NCBI GenBank assembly: GCA_034226945.1
Contig: CP120464.1
Coordinates: 620,001-684,000 of the forward strand
DNA from: Picochlorum sp. SENEW3
Taxonomy: Eukaryota
DNA: 64,000 bases
Direction of reading: 5' to 3'
Shown here: piece after piece, positions 46,259-57,100 of the stretch
Layout of the letters: each line of letters begins with the position of its first letter
How positions within the stretch are numbered: the first letter of the stretch is position 1
The notes under the pieces: generated by a model
Database searches by the model: none
What the model saw: the letters and a program-made list of their open reading frames with translations, nothing else
Told to the model about the DNA's origin: nothing
Position numbers and translations under genes: made by a program

Positions 46259-49200
46259 TTACTGTTGAGGGGAAAAAGGCGACACCAGAGGAGAGACCTG
46301 CCAGCACTGGGCTTCCTGGGACCACTGAAGAGGGGCTGAAGAAGCCAGGGAGGGAGATCCTGCCTCCAAAACGTGTGTGTAACACGTTAAAATGGATACG
46401 CATACCTTGCGAGCCAGCTGTATGTAATAATCAATGGATTTGACTCTCTGGTCGCGCTGAGCCTTGTTGATGGTCTTTCGAACTGTATCAATACTGTACG
46501 TCGTGGCAATGCATATCAAGGCCCAAGCATCCAAGGGATAATTGCCCCATGGATGAACCATCCATATGGATCTAAGAATATCCTGAGCTGCCTGTAGATC
46601 TACCTGAAATAAGTTGCTGCATAAGGAGAGCGCGATGGGGCAATGGTAAAAGAAATGAGCTCTGCCTGGTTGGACTGGACTGAAATGGCAAATACAGGGC
46701 TGATCGACTTTAATTCTTTCACTGGTGATACCTGTCCTCATAATTGTTTCCCAGAAGGCGATCTTATAAGCTGAGGGAATTGGAAGCCGCGAGAGGGGCG
46801 GTAATACACGATAAAGTGGGCGCCATCTGATGGGGTGCTGGAACAAGCACTCCTGAGAATCTGACATCCGTTTATCTTGGATGATTTCCAGCCACTGCTG
46901 CCATCTATAGTTTCTATCAGCTTGCTGTCCTTCGGTGAGGAGGAGGGTTCCAAATTTCACTGTATAGTCTTCGAGAGGAATAGTTTCCCCACGTCGCTGC
47001 CACTGAGGTTGTACTTCTGGGGGTTGTAGACAGGGTAGAGCTGCTGTTAGTGTCTGTGGAGCTACTCCCGATTGTTTGAGCTGATAGTCAGTAAACAGTT
47101 TGTGCCACAAGGTTCTGATCCAGGTGAGACTGTCCGCTGCAGCGCTCTGAATGATAGTTTCGTCGCCATGAACATGAGTAATGAGAGCCCGAAGCGGTGT
47201 TGGCAGATGTGCCACTGCCTCTAGTGCAGACTGGTCGAAATTGGTGTACTGGCGCAAGAATATATTCCACACTAGCTGTACCCACAGTTTCGAAGTTCCC
47301 ATGGTAAACAGTTGGGTGACCCATTTGAGATCTCTGGCATGAAGGTGTTCCTTCAGTGGGAGGCAGCCAAGACCTCCCATCTTAGTATTTGCTGGGAACA
47401 TACGAGAGCTCCAGCCCGTTCTTGAGGGGAGCAGAGAGCGCATAGCATGATAGATCTGCTCAAGCTGTTGCTCCGAGGGAGGGACTATCTCTGCCCTATA
47501 TAGTTCTTGTGGAAGCTTATAAGTTGAAAGTCTGCTGAATTTTGTGAAGGAGGAGGAAAGCTGAGCTGCCAATAATTTGCAATATGTTTCCAAACTCTGG
47601 AGCCGAGGAGCCCAGTCAAAAGTTGCGAGACCGGAGTTTGCCTGTAGTTTTATTCCTAAAATGGTGGCTGAGGGAACCACTCGAAGCCCTTTGATCGCCG
47701 TAGGTTGTCCCGTGGGGGCTCCAATAGGAAGTAACCAAGTCTTGCTCTTATTGAGATGCTGACCTGTGCCTGCCGCAAAAATATCCATGGCATCTATGAA
47801 GCGTTCAATCTGTGCCAGGCTGAGAGGGACTGTGTTATCATCCGCATACTGTAATGTGGATATCTGAAGTGGAGATGTCGCCTTCGCAATTCCTTGATGG
47901 TGGTGGTGCATTGTAATCGTCAAAGGAATACTTTGAGATATAGCTGTGTGCTGGAGATGGCGGGTAAGCAGATGGCTGATAAGCAGATAGAGATAGGGAG
48001 AAACTGGGTCTCCTTGTCTGACTCCCGTATCGAATCTTCTCTTGTGAGAAAAGGATCCATTGAGATACACTCTAGCATAGGTCCGAGACAAAATCTGTCG
48101 AATCCATAGGCACAGGAACTGAGGGAGCTGGAGAGTGGAACAAAGGCGGAAGAGCAAGTGGCGATCAATCTTGTCATAGGCTTTTGAGAAATCACATACC
48201 GCAAAATAGGCTGACTTCTTTTGCAAGGCTAGATATTGAGGCAGGAGCTGAAGGGTCCATATGGTATCTGATATACATCTACCAGGCAAGAAGGCTGATT
48301 GTGTCTGGGACACCAATTGCTGGAGGGGCTTCTCGAGTTTACCGAGCAACACCTGTTGCATGATCCTATAATCTGTGTTGAGCAACGTGATCGGTCTATA
48401 ATTGCTGGGCTGATATGGGCTGTCTTTTTTGTGTATGGGAATGATGACTCCATAGAGGAACTCTGCAGGCATATCAAAAACAAGCTGAGTGTATACTCGC
48501 TGGAGTATTGGAGCCAATTCTTGTTTGATCAGTCGATATAGTGTAAGTTTGATACCGTCGTCACCTGGCGCGGACGTGCGCATTCGTTTGATCGCCTGAA
48601 TAATTTCTTCTGCGGTGATTTCTGTAGCTTGTTCCCGAAAAGAGTCTGGAAAGATCCTAGTATCATCCATTGGAATACTGTGGAGGAGATATTGTTGGGC
48701 CCAAGGAGAGCAGGGTGGCTGAGCAGAAACTGCAGCGTATTGATCCACTAAAATGTTTGCACACTCTACTGCTGATTCGGTTATCCTCCCAGTCGGTTGC
48801 ACAAGGCCTGGGATAGTGAGATCTTTGGATGGAGATGGTAACATGATATGCGCATCCGCTTTATGTAAGTAGTTGAGGTCAAGTGAGTCCTCAGTAACCT
48901 GGGCATCCTGTTGGTTCTGACGGATCTGCTGCTGTATGCCTGCACGATACTCTCTGTTAAGCTGGATAGCGAGGCCTGCAATGTGCTTCTTGATCGTCAG
49001 CCAAGTCGAATAGTCAATCCTTGGAGTGGATTCCACCAACTGATGTAGCCATTCTTGCATCTCCTGACAGTACCGTTCTTTATAAGCGGGGTTATTAAGA
49101 AATTGCTGAGGGATGCAGTTTCGTCGTTGTTGCTTTGTGCCCCTTTGCTGTTGTCTGAGACGGGGACATACCAGTTTGATATTGGTGCTGATAGGCAGGT

Positions 49201-49945
49201 GGTCACTGTGTACCCTCGGCTGTGAGTGAACATGAACTGTGGTTATCATATGTCTGTATGCAGAAGAACAGTAGATCCTATCTAAACGACTCCTGGTTGG
49301 CTGCTCTTGCTGTCTAGTGGTTGCGGCCTCATGAGTGTAAGCTTTCAAAGCGCGCAGCCGTTGTTGTGATGCTTCGCAAACTGTCTGATAGCCTATCACT
49401 TGGTTCCATTTTCTATAAGTATAGGATTTCCTCGGCGCTGTACGAGATGTTGTATCTCTTTTATCTTCAATGAAGTTAAAATCACCACACCAGATCACTG
49501 TATTTTGGACAGCCAAGTGGTGGAGGATTGAAATGCATTCATCCACGGCCTCGCGATTGTTCTGAATTGGCATATAAACAGTTGAGAGGACAAAACGCTG
49601 ATCCTGGCAGCGAATATCAAGTGAGAGGATATGACTAGACCTGGAGTGGGAGAGCTTCCTGCATGAGAGAATGACCTTAGTTGAAAAGAGTGACTCTTTG
49701 ATCCAGATGGCTACTCCTCCTTGTGGGCGTTTATTTTTCCGTTTGGCAGGGCCCCAGTACGTGCGCCAACCTTGAGACTGTAAGGTAGAATTGTATGTCT
49801 GCGTCATCCCTAGAGTCAAATGTGTTTCCTGTAGTAAGATGATATCATATTGTGTATAGATTTGCCTAATCTGTAAGAATTTTTGTTTTGAGAGACCGTT
49901 GATATTTTGTGAGTAAATTCTAATTCCTGTAATTTGCTGCATCAT
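46259..49945 (-). CDS. LINE ORF2: AP endonuclease + reverse transcriptase + C-terminal Zn-binding motif
   Basis: SQNINGL, LQETH, GDFN, SRLDRIY and SDH (APE); APGDDG, NYRPITLLNTDY, DFSKAYD, GVRQGDPVSP and YADD (RT); CIC..HFFYHC. Confidence 0.95.
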   Translation of the reverse strand: MMQQITGIRIYSQNINGLSKQKFLQIRQIYTQYDIILLQETHLTLGMTQTYNSTLQSQGWRTYWGPAKRKNKRPQGGVAIWIKESLFSTKVILSCRKLSHSRSSHILSLDIRCQDQRFVLSTVYMPIQNNREAVDECISILHHLAVQNTVIWCGDFNFIEDKRDTTSRTAPRKSYTYRKWNQVIGYQTVCEASQQRLRALKAYTHEAATTRQQEQPTRSRLDRIYCSSAYRHMITTVHVHSQPRVHSDHLPISTNIKLVCPRLRQQQRGTKQQRRNCIPQQFLNNPAYKERYCQEMQEWLHQLVESTPRIDYSTWLTIKKHIAGLAIQLNREYRAGIQQQIRQNQQDAQVTEDSLDLNYLHKADAHIMLPSPSKDLTIPGLVQPTGRITESAVECANILVDQYAAVSAQPPCSPWAQQYLLHSIPMDDTRIFPDSFREQATEITAEEIIQAIKRMRTSAPGDDGIKLTLYRLIKQELAPILQRVYTQLVFDMPAEFLYGVIIPIHKKDSPYQPSNYRPITLLNTDYRIMQQVLLGKLEKPLQQLVSQTQSAFLPGRCISDTIWTLQLLPQYLALQKKSAYFAVCDFSKAYDKIDRHLLFRLCSTLQLPQFLCLWIRQILSRTYARVYLNGSFSHKRRFDTGVRQGDPVSPYLYLLISHLLTRHLQHTAISQSIPLTITMHHHHQGIAKATSPLQISTLQYADDNTVPLSLAQIERFIDAMDIFAAGTGQHLNKSKTWLLPIGAPTGQPTAIKGLRVVPSATILGIKLQANSGLATFDWAPRLQSLETYCKLLAAQLSSSFTKFSRLSTYKLPQELYRAEIVPPSEQQLEQIYHAMRSLLPSRTGWSSRMFPANTKMGGLGCLPLKEHLHARDLKWVTQLFTMGTSKLWVQLVWNIFLRQYTNFDQSALEAVAHLPTPLRALITHVHGDETIIQSAAADSLTWIRTLWHKLFTDYQLKQSGVAPQTLTAALPCLQPPEVQPQWQRRGETIPLEDYTVKFGTLLLTEGQQADRNYRWQQWLEIIQDKRMSDSQECLFQHPIRWRPLYRVLPPLSRLPIPSAYKIAFWETIMRTGITSERIKVDQPCICHFSPVQPGRAHFFYHCPIALSLCSNLFQVDLQAAQDILRSIWMVHPWGNYPLDAWALICIATTYSIDTVRKTINKAQRDQRVKSIDYYIQLARKVCVSILTCYTHVLEAGSPSLASSAPLQWSQEAQCWQVSPLVSPFSPQQ

Positions 49946-49980
49946 AGTAAATATTGTGAGAGGCAAGACTGGCAATTGTT

Positions 49981-51006
49981 TTATCTACTGGCAGGTTGCC
50001 CAGGCCCCTTATGGGGCGTTGAGATGCTAGGTTGTCCCTTCGAGGCATCCGCAGGCACTTTAGCACGTATTTTCCGTTTTCTGGCTGCGACTGTGATCCA
50101 AGGGCTTTCCTGAATAACATCTTGCATAGGGCATTCACCTGGTGTCTCCTCATACTGGGGTTTGTCAAACTCAGTATAGTGACTCCGCATTAATGCTTGC
50201 CTGTATCTCGTCCCGTCATGAATCGCTTGAGCATAGGCACGTTTGGCATAATCTGTTGTCTGGCGTGATGGCATGCGTCCTTGTGGTTTCCACAGCAGGG
50301 TCAATTTGATTGGTTTGTCTCCAAACATGAACTCTTTTTGGGTAAAGGTCTCCACTTTGTCAACCTGGAGCAGCGCTGTATGATTGGTGGAGTGGTACTG
50401 TCGATGTCCTTTCTGACGTCTTGTTGAGGAAACTTCAGTGACTGGGAGTTCCAATTGCTGCAAAGCCAGCATGGTGTCATCCTCATCCAAAGGTTCTCCA
50501 TCTTCAGCTTCGGCATGGACAATGAACTCATGGGTGCGAACACGATTCTTCCAAATGATTTGGACTTCCTTCGATTCCTGAATGGTCCATTCTGGGACAT
50601 CCAGGGTAAAAGTATCACGCGGTGCCATCGCATCCATGACAGGCAGGTAACGTTCCCTGACGCAGAACTGAGCAATGAGCACTGCAGTATGGTACGATTT
50701 CTTCTCCTGCGATTTGGAGGCCGGCATCGCTTTCATGTAATACCTTGGATAACGATGCGTATACATCGCTTTCTGGTCTCCCAATGCTTCCAGTTGGTCA
50801 TAGAGGTAGTCCTCGACCGCTTCACTGAAATGGTCACGGAGGTCCATCATGACAATATTGTGGTCGGGATGGGTGTCCCATAAGTGAACTGGATTGGGAA
50901 CTTCAATTTGAACTTCAAAAGGAACAAATTTTCCATTGGGTTTGGCTGGGTCCGTGGGTTCGAACGCGGCAACTTGTTGAAGAACATGCTCCGAAATCTG
51001 AATCAT
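49981..51006 (-). CDS. LINE ORF1 (no recognisable CCHC knuckle)
   Basis: 341-aa ORF ending ~35 nt before the ORF2 ATG on the same strand; basic C-terminus PWITVAARKRK. Confidence 0.7.
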   Translation of the reverse strand: MIQISEHVLQQVAAFEPTDPAKPNGKFVPFEVQIEVPNPVHLWDTHPDHNIVMMDLRDHFSEAVEDYLYDQLEALGDQKAMYTHRYPRYYMKAMPASKSQEKKSYHTAVLIAQFCVRERYLPVMDAMAPRDTFTLDVPEWTIQESKEVQIIWKNRVRTHEFIVHAEAEDGEPLDEDDTMLALQQLELPVTEVSSTRRQKGHRQYHSTNHTALLQVDKVETFTQKEFMFGDKPIKLTLLWKPQGRMPSRQTTDYAKRAYAQAIHDGTRYRQALMRSHYTEFDKPQYEETPGECPMQDVIQESPWITVAARKRKIRAKVPADASKGQPSISTPHKGPGQPASR

Positions 51007-51120
51007 CTTGATTGTCTCTCAGTGATTCGCCTTGGTTGGTTGGTTGATTGGTTGATTTTTATATTTTTTAACTTTTTTTTATTATTTTTTCGAGGGCCGG
51101 TAATAGGCTTCCAAACTTTT

Positions 51121-54100
51121 TCACGATGTCGCTCCCTCGGCTCCCCTGGCGCGTATTAAATTCCCTCGCACCCCTAAATCAATGTAATATTGTATTAAGG
51201 TGTCGCTCGAGTCGCTGGAACGTGAAAATGGTCAGAATCGCGCGAAAACGTCGCGAAAAACACGAAATCTGCGGGGGAGTAGTGTAACCTCAGCCCTGCT
51301 CGACCACAAAATCGGAAAGAAAATGAAAAATTAAAACTTTTAGTAGCGTGGAATATCCCTGTAAGTGTTCCGTTTTGCTGCACGAGTGCGATGAAGACAA
51401 TGGAGGAGCAATAACTTTGTCGATACGGCCAACAGAGACCTTTAAAAGATTTAATAAACGATATTATTCGGAGATCTGGGTCGTATAAGGAAGGGAATTG
51501 TGAGATACTGGCGAGATGTGGTGACTTGGACGAAAATCGAATTGTATTACCTCGAACCACGGGCCCCGTTGACACTTGAAATGGGTCCTAGAAAGTACAA
51601 GGAATATTTTGGGAGAAAATATGGACAAAATGGACCAATGACGAGGAAGATATTGCGACTAATGTTCGCGATAGTCGACCTTGACCTCAAGGGTTGACTG
51701 GACACTACCTAGGTGGCCTGGTGACAGGGTAGTCAACGTGCTATGATGTCCTGAGTGACCATGGTTTTATCCATAAAATGACCATGTTGACTGCTATCAG
51801 TATGTAATACTTAGAATATTCACGAAAAAAAAAGATTGAACCTTCAAGAACCTTTAACAACATTGGTCATGTGTAACCCTAAACATGTAGAAGATCAGGA
51901 CTTTACAGTAAACTACAGGACCGAACGACGCATACGAAGAGGTGCAGAATCGATGGAGACAGTAACAGAAGACCAATGTTTTACTGTTCGGTCTGAAAGA
52001 CCCAGAAGGCGTGCCACCAGGAAGACACACCTGCAAAATGGAGACTTCTTGCTCTTCGATGATGACGCTGGTGTGGATGACCCTTTTGACTCAATCTTCC
52101 AAGAGGACGGGGCGATGGAAATGTCAGACGATAGTCATGGAAAGGTTAATATCCGTTCTTCTTCTTCTCGGCCGAGGGAAAAACCACGCCAACGCCCAAG
52201 AGATGCAAAGGATGCAGACTATTGTCTTGAAAACGAGGAACTGGACAATTTGTCGGACGACCAAACTAAAGGTTTGAAAGTCATGTCACACCAAAAGGAT
52301 GGAGCGTGTCGCAAGTACGTGCCTTTCCCATGTGTTGTTCTTGACAGTGATGTAACAGGAAACATTGAATGACCAGTTCACACCTTACTGATTGTAGAGG
52401 CAATACTGTTCTCCTGACAACGGCTCGACAAAAGCGACGAAAGGCCTATGAAAAGGATAAGGACTTTAAAGTTCGAAGTTATATTCGCAAGCAATGTGAG
52501 CAACGAAACGCAACTGTCAACGAGCAACCTGAACCTCAACTTTGCAAGGAACATGGTGATACCTTGGCCAAGCACAAGGGTGCCTGTACGGAATCAAATG
52601 GCTTGATAAACGACACTGCGGAAAAGATGGTCGATCCCGACGACGAAACTGAAAGTATGAACGTCAGGTCACAGGAGAAAGATGAAGCATATGTGAATGA
52701 AATTAAGGGTGGCTGGACATGTGTTGAGAACATCCCATTCTCCACCTTCACTCGCGTCTCTGAGATTGATCTGTACGAGAAAATGGCCCAGAAATGCGAG
52801 GAATGGAATAAACTATGCCAACAAACGTTCACGGAGATGATTCGTTGTTGCATCTGTGGGGTGTGTGAGCTTGGGAGTGTCAGGAAATCCACCTTTGAAT
52901 ACATTGTAGCTCACCCTGAATTAATGGTTGGTGGTGATGTGCCCAGCCGCGCCCACAACCCTGGATTGCCTGGAAAGTACGTAACTACAACGGATGGCGT
53001 TACGGAAATGTGGAAGGTGTGTAAGGACTGCAAGAAAGACCCCCAAGAAGGGTTTGACTTTTGTGTGGACTTTGGTCTTCAGTCTGGGGAGTACCTGGAA
53101 TGGATCATGGCAAGTGACATAGAGGAGCGACAGGCATTGCAGTGCGTAGACGTAGGGTATCAGATCAGCAAAGCGAGGCCTACGGATACTGGCTACACTG
53201 GTCAGGCCCATGGGTTTGCCATGTTCATGGCCCCCATCATCCGTGCTGTTGGCTCAGTTTATCAAAAAACTGACGACTCCGAGCCGATTCAATCATGCGA
53301 TACCTTGCTTTATACGCCTTGGATGAAGAATAGGCTGAAGAAGTCCAGCCAAAAACTGTTGATTTACAACCTCTCTACGAACAGGATCTACCACAACCTT
53401 CGGTGCATGGCAGAAATCCCTGATTTCAACGGAAATTCCTTCTTGTCCCATGACATCGTGCAAGAAATTCTGGAATTGGCCAGGAACAAAGACCCGCTGA
53501 TAACCAGGGTGGATAATCAACACGCAGAAGCAGCGTTAGAGGACAGTGAAGCCTTGGTGGGCGAAGGACAAAAGGATAAAAATGAAGAGGGTGTCACACA
53601 GACAGACATGTGCAGGACCAAAGACAAGGACCCTGTTGAGGATTTGGAAGAGGAAGCAGTGGACAACACTGCTGATGACGCACCACGGCAGAACATGATT
53701 GTGTTGCCTGTGGATCCGCCATACAAGTCTGTGTTGACAAATGATACCCTGCTGTCTGTTGGGCACGTGTATCCTCGTGAAGGAACTAGCAAGGAAATTT
53801 TCCTGAGTAGACCTCAAGGCGAATCCAGTTTGGAAATAGACGGTCAAGTGGTAACTCTAGAGTCCACCCTGTTTCCATATCTGTTCCCAGAGGGAAAGGG
53901 CTGCTACACCCCTGCTGAGGGTAGCAGAAAAACTTCACTGTCCGACTTTCAGAATTACATGAAACGCAGGATGTCAACCTTATTCTCGCCTTTCACTATG
54001 ATTCAAGAATATATCTTGATGATGTACCAGATTGTCAGAGTAATGTTGTGTACAACCTCTGGTCAAAAGCATACCCTAAAATCAGCGCTACGACAAGCGA

Positions 54101-57100
54101 CTCAAGAAGTATCCAAGAGAATCAGAGCACGATCGGATCAAAAATTTGGTGACGTACGTGATGCCCAAGAGCGTCCCATACAGTCCTTCATGGTGGCGTC
54201 ACAAACTGAACGACCTAATTGCCATCACCAGGGACATGGGGCTCCCTCATTACTTCCTCACCCTCACAGTTGACAACACGAGCGAGCTGCGTTGGGACGA
54301 ATATAACAGTATGGAATCTATTTTAGGTCAAATGAATAGGAAATATCGTAAAAAGGGCAAGAAACACCTGAACCTTGGGATAGCTAATGCTCAGGCTGAA
54401 GCGGCTGCTCTATTCCACACCAGGGTTTCAAACTTCATGGACATGTTCATTCTGGAGGGGCATAAGACGCTTGGGGAGATCACGCACCACGTGGTTCGGT
54501 ACGAAATGCAGGGCAGGCAGCTCTTCACGCCCATATTTTGCTGTGGTCGAATCCAGAAGATGTCAAGGTGCATGAACAGGAAATCACCAGAGACATTTTA
54601 ATGGAACTAAACGCCAGCGGCGACTGGGTGTCGCCCGACCCCCACAAAAACCCCATCAAGTACAGACTACATTGTTTATTGCAAAGAAAGAACCGCCACA
54701 CATGTAGGCCTTCCGTTTGTGGCAAGAAACGTCCATGCAAATTAGGATATCCATACGACATTTACAATGGTCCAACCATGTATGACGAGCATCGCAAGGA
54801 GTACTTGTACAAATGTCCAAACTACCACAGTAGAAATGTTGTTTCGTATCATCCAGAAGTACGTGTTATTATGTGGCGTTTCTTGAGCATTGCGTCCGTA
54901 TGCATATATGAACAACACTGGTCATTGATTGCTGCAGTTGATGCTGGCTTGGAATGCCCACATGTGCCTGAAGCGCGTGACACATGCTGATTTCTCGTAC
55001 TATTTGCTAAAGTATACATTGAAATCAGAGCCCACAGGTCAGTTGTCGTTGAACAAAGAGGTTGAATCGCAAATGAACATGACCAACCTCGATGCTGGAG
55101 TTGTCAAGGTTGTCAATGCAATGACTCAATCACAGCCTGTGAGTGAAGTCGAAGCAGCTCTTCAGATGATGCGCGTGCCCATCGTGTACATGCACATCAA
55201 GTATGACAATAACGTTGTGGACAAGTCTCCAGTCCAATTCCTAATGTCAACACCGCCAGATTTGCGCAAGGCCACTGTGGGCATGGCACGCGGTACAATT
55301 ACGTCACATATGGATTATTACGAGAATAGGCCGGACGACACCTTGATCAACCGCATGTCGTACATGAAGTATCACCGCAACTGCTATTTTCCAGGGAAGC
55401 TCCTCACTTCTGACAGAAAACAAAGCAAGTATGTGGGCACTGACATGAAAGGACGCCATGTGTACTACCGTGATCACAGAAAAATCGTGCGCATAGCCAA
55501 CTATTGGCCAAGCAACGATCCGGAAAATTTCTTTTACACGGTTATTTTATCCAAGGTTGCTTTTCGACTGGAAGGAAGTCTCAGGAACAACGACAGCGAG
55601 ACATACTATGAACACTGCCAGCTGGCTGGACTTGTGGAACCTCTGGATCGTGTCAAGCAGGGTCATTGCTCCAAACTTGAGGCAGTGCTACAGGAATATT
55701 ACACGGACCACTTTACCAAAAAGTACTGTATTGAGTCGACCATCGACGAAATTCTGGAGTATTACGATACCAGGAAGCACAAGACGGAGGTAACAGCAAA
55801 GGTCAACGCTTCCCTAGTCGATCAGTTCAATTCCAAACACTTGGTCATCGAAGGCCTCCCCGAGTTGAATTCAGATCAGGCAAAGGTATTTTCAAAACTA
55901 GCACGGGAAAACTTTGTGGGCCTACACGTCATCAAAGGGCCAGCTGGCACGGGCAAGTCTGTCCTCATTCGACACATTGTCCGCCACTGTACAAATGTAT
56001 TACATCGACACGTCCTGGTGACTGCCACGTCTGGCACGGCTGCGTCTCGGCTTCCCGGAGGAAAAACGCTTCATTCAGCGCTGAGCATGGGACAGGGCAA
56101 CAAAACAAGCATCCTGAGCACGGTCTTCAGGCCAGGCACTTCACAGTATGCTGAATGCAAAATCTTCTGTCCTCATCATTGATGAGGCATTCATGCTGTC
56201 GGCAGACTTTCTGCTGACGGCAATCAGCAAGTATGCGTCCACAGACGACATTTCATATGTGGAGGATATTTTTTCTCTAAAGGGCGTCATCTTGGTCGGG
56301 GATGATAATCAGCTGCCTCCAGTGTGCCAGCACAAACCCAAGGACCACTCCAAGGGCCAGGGAGGCCTGAAACCACCGTGCATGCGCTGTTTAACAAAAA
56401 ATTGCATCCTCTTTAAGCATGCAATGCAGTACGAATTAACTGTTCCTGAGAGACAGAAAGGCGACCCCGAGTTTCGGGCCTTCATCCAAAGCCTTCACCA
56501 GCAAATTCCGACACAAGACGAGATCCAGCGCGTGCTGGGCGAGCATGTCCTCCTTCCGAGTAGTGACAAAAATTCTCCGAATTACAAAAGGGAATGTGAG
56601 GACCTGTGGCTAGAGTTTCTGTCCCAGGAAAATGCTGTTTCATTGCATGCCCACAGAGAAACCACTGCCATGTTCAACAACATGTGGCTGGACAGGTATT
56701 TAGGACAGGAAAAAAGGTCAAAATTTCTCCTATGACAAACTACGATGATATATATGCCATCGATCCTGTGGCTGCAAAGGAAATGCATTCATGGTACTAC
56801 GACAAGAAATTCCATGAGCTTGCTGTTATTGCTGTGGGGTGCCCGGTCGTTTCGCTCACCAACAAGCATTACAAGGGCACGTATCTGACCAACGGCAGTA
56901 TTGGCGTTGTCCAAGCAATCTATTATGATTCAAAGTTTACAACAGCCCAAAATGATGAACCAGTTGTCAAAAGGATCGACGTTTTGATGGATGGGTGTGA
57001 GACAGCGGTTCCAGTATACCGTACAACAAACACCACCGTCCACAATGGGCATACGTGCAAGAGAAAGAATTTCCCGCTGTTGTTGGGTAAATCAATGACC

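Larger units (their letters stand above)
45916..51115 (-). mobile_element. Non-LTR retrotransposon, L1/Tx1-like, apparently full length (ends approximate)
   Basis: ORF1 and ORF2 in tandem, both uninterrupted; TGTAA polyadenylation-like signal on the minus strand near 45958; no clear poly(A) tail or TSD. Confidence 0.85.

Noticed and set aside
51172..51178. Telomere-like CCCTAAA near the LINE 5' end
   Set aside because: It is a single copy, which is expected by chance.
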